From Ktedonobacterales bacterium (GTDB lineage: Bacteria; Chloroflexota; Ktedonobacteria; Ktedonobacterales; JADMIN01), in contig JAICSR010000002.1 of NCBI GenBank assembly GCA_025936795.1, forward strand, positions 1 through 40,218: DNA of 40,218 bases, in the 5' to 3' direction. Below are positions 39,287-40,218 of the stretch, piece by piece. Positions within the stretch are counted from its first letter, which is position 1; each line of letters begins with the position of its first letter. The position numbers and the translations under genes were made by a program. The notes beneath the pieces were generated by a model. It saw nothing but the letters and a program-made list of their open reading frames with translations, was not told where the DNA came from and made no database searches.

Positions 39287-39583
39287 ATGACGCTTGAGAT
39301 CGCGCAGTACACGGTGCAACCTGAGAAGGCCGAGGCGTTCCGCACGGCGATGCTGACCGGCGGCATGCCAATCATCCGGCAAGCGGTGGGCTGCCGCTCG
39401 GCCACGCTGCGCCAGCAGATCGAGAATCCGCAGGTCTTCATCCTGACGATCGAGTGGGAAACGTTGGAACATCATACCGTGATGTTTCGCGGCAGCCCAA
39501 GCTTCGCTGAGTACCGCAGCAAGATCGCCGGGCTGTATGACGGCGCTATCGCGGTCGCGCACTATCAGCAGGTGAACGAGTAG
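39287..39583 (+). CDS. Antibiotic biosynthesis monooxygenase (ABM) domain protein
   Basis: 98 aa in the ferredoxin-like ABM pattern (ILTIEWETLEHHTVMFRGSPSFAEY). GAGAGGAGA RBS upstream. Confidence 0.7.
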   Translation: MTLEIAQYTVQPEKAEAFRTAMLTGGMPIIRQAVGCRSATLRQQIENPQVFILTIEWETLEHHTVMFRGSPSFAEYRSKIAGLYDGAIAVAHYQQVNE

Positions 39584-39712
39584 TCCTGCGCCCGTCGCCG
39601 ATGATGCCGTGTTGCGGCACGGAGGCGCCAGCGGAGAGTCCGTCGAGCAGGGCAATCCGACCCCAGGCAGCCGCAGCCGCGCGCCTATGATGGGTCGTTG
39701 AAAATGTGTAGA

Positions 39713-40195
39713 TCACTTGGCGACCCATTGCGCGCGGGCCAAGATCGCTGACCAGACGATGGCTATGCCCATGAGCGCCAAGCCCCAGAGACTTGCCCAC
39801 AGCTCTAAGGGACGTTCTTCAAGCGCCCCATACTGGGTGATAGGGAGGCTGGCCTGACCCAGTAGCATCACTGCGTCAAATGTGACGACGCTAGCAATGC
39901 TCCCAACCAGCAAAACGAGCGTTGGTCTGACGGCACGGCGCGCCTGGCGTGTGGCGACACAATGGGCCACAAATGTCACAAGCGCCAGCAATCCAAGCGC
40001 GACGAAGGGCGTCATCATTCGTATCGTGACTGAACCGAGGTTTGAGAAATAGCCCTCTCGGGTGGGACAGGAGTCTAAGCAGGTGAGGGCCGCGACGATG
40101 GTCGCCATCAGGAACCCTGCGCCTGCGCCTGCTAGTCCGGCGCAGATAGCAAGAACCCGCGAGGCAGGCAGCAGGAACCAGACGGCCCTCCGCAT
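39713..40195 (-). CDS. Hypothetical integral membrane protein (about 5 TM spans)
   Basis: 160-aa hydrophobic ORF convergent with the ABM gene. GGAGG lies upstream of the ATG on the minus strand (40201-40205). No motif recognised. Confidence 0.5.
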   Translation of the reverse strand: MRRAVWFLLPASRVLAICAGLAGAGAGFLMATIVAALTCLDSCPTREGYFSNLGSVTIRMMTPFVALGLLALVTFVAHCVATRQARRAVRPTLVLLVGSIASVVTFDAVMLLGQASLPITQYGALEERPLELWASLWGLALMGIAIVWSAILARAQWVAK

Positions 40196-40218
40196 GAAAC
40201 CTCCTGAAAACAGTCAGA

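Overview
This is a high-GC bacterial chromosomal window that is almost entirely housekeeping. By hand count, two coding lines run about 60-68% GC and three lines of one intergenic stretch (23521-23700) about 50-57%. The centre is a complete 14-gene NADH:quinone oxidoreductase (complex I) operon, nuoABCDEFGHIJKLMN, in canonical order on the + strand (3225-18649). Several junctions are translationally coupled: nuoA/B overlap by 10 nt, and nuoD/E and nuoG/H have TGATG overlaps.

Upstream of nuo lie the 3' end of an ABC exporter and two GNAT acetyltransferases. Downstream, in order:
- a small membrane protein, a GT2 glycosyltransferase and lon
- an orphan zinc-ribbon ORF, ftsY and accD-accA
- a membrane protein and an all-alpha NTP-pyrophosphatase-like gene
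- an ECF sigma factor followed by a membrane-anchored Rieske protein and a Met-rich YtkA/FixH-like protein
- a DUF59/SufT-like gene, an AroH-type chorismate mutase and dnaA (not next to dnaN)
- a HAD-IIA phosphatase and a K+-independent-type H+-pyrophosphatase
- a PLD-like lipoprotein, an ABM-domain protein and a final membrane protein

I recognised no rRNA, tRNA, CRISPR array, transposase, integrase or known defence gene.

The candidates for something not yet described are modest:
1. The ECF sigma / Rieske-domain putative anti-sigma / YtkA-like module (29.2-31.4 kb).
2. A roughly 780-nt lower-GC non-coding island between lon and the zinc-ribbon ORF. It carries tandem 9- and 11-nt repeats and a small ORF preceded by a strong Shine-Dalgarno sequence (23.07-23.85 kb).
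3. A GC-rich bipartite palindromic repeat present twice in opposite orientation.
4. A dnaA with a very long linker and no visible DnaA-box cluster nearby.

All functional calls rest on motif recognition by eye. No database search was possible.
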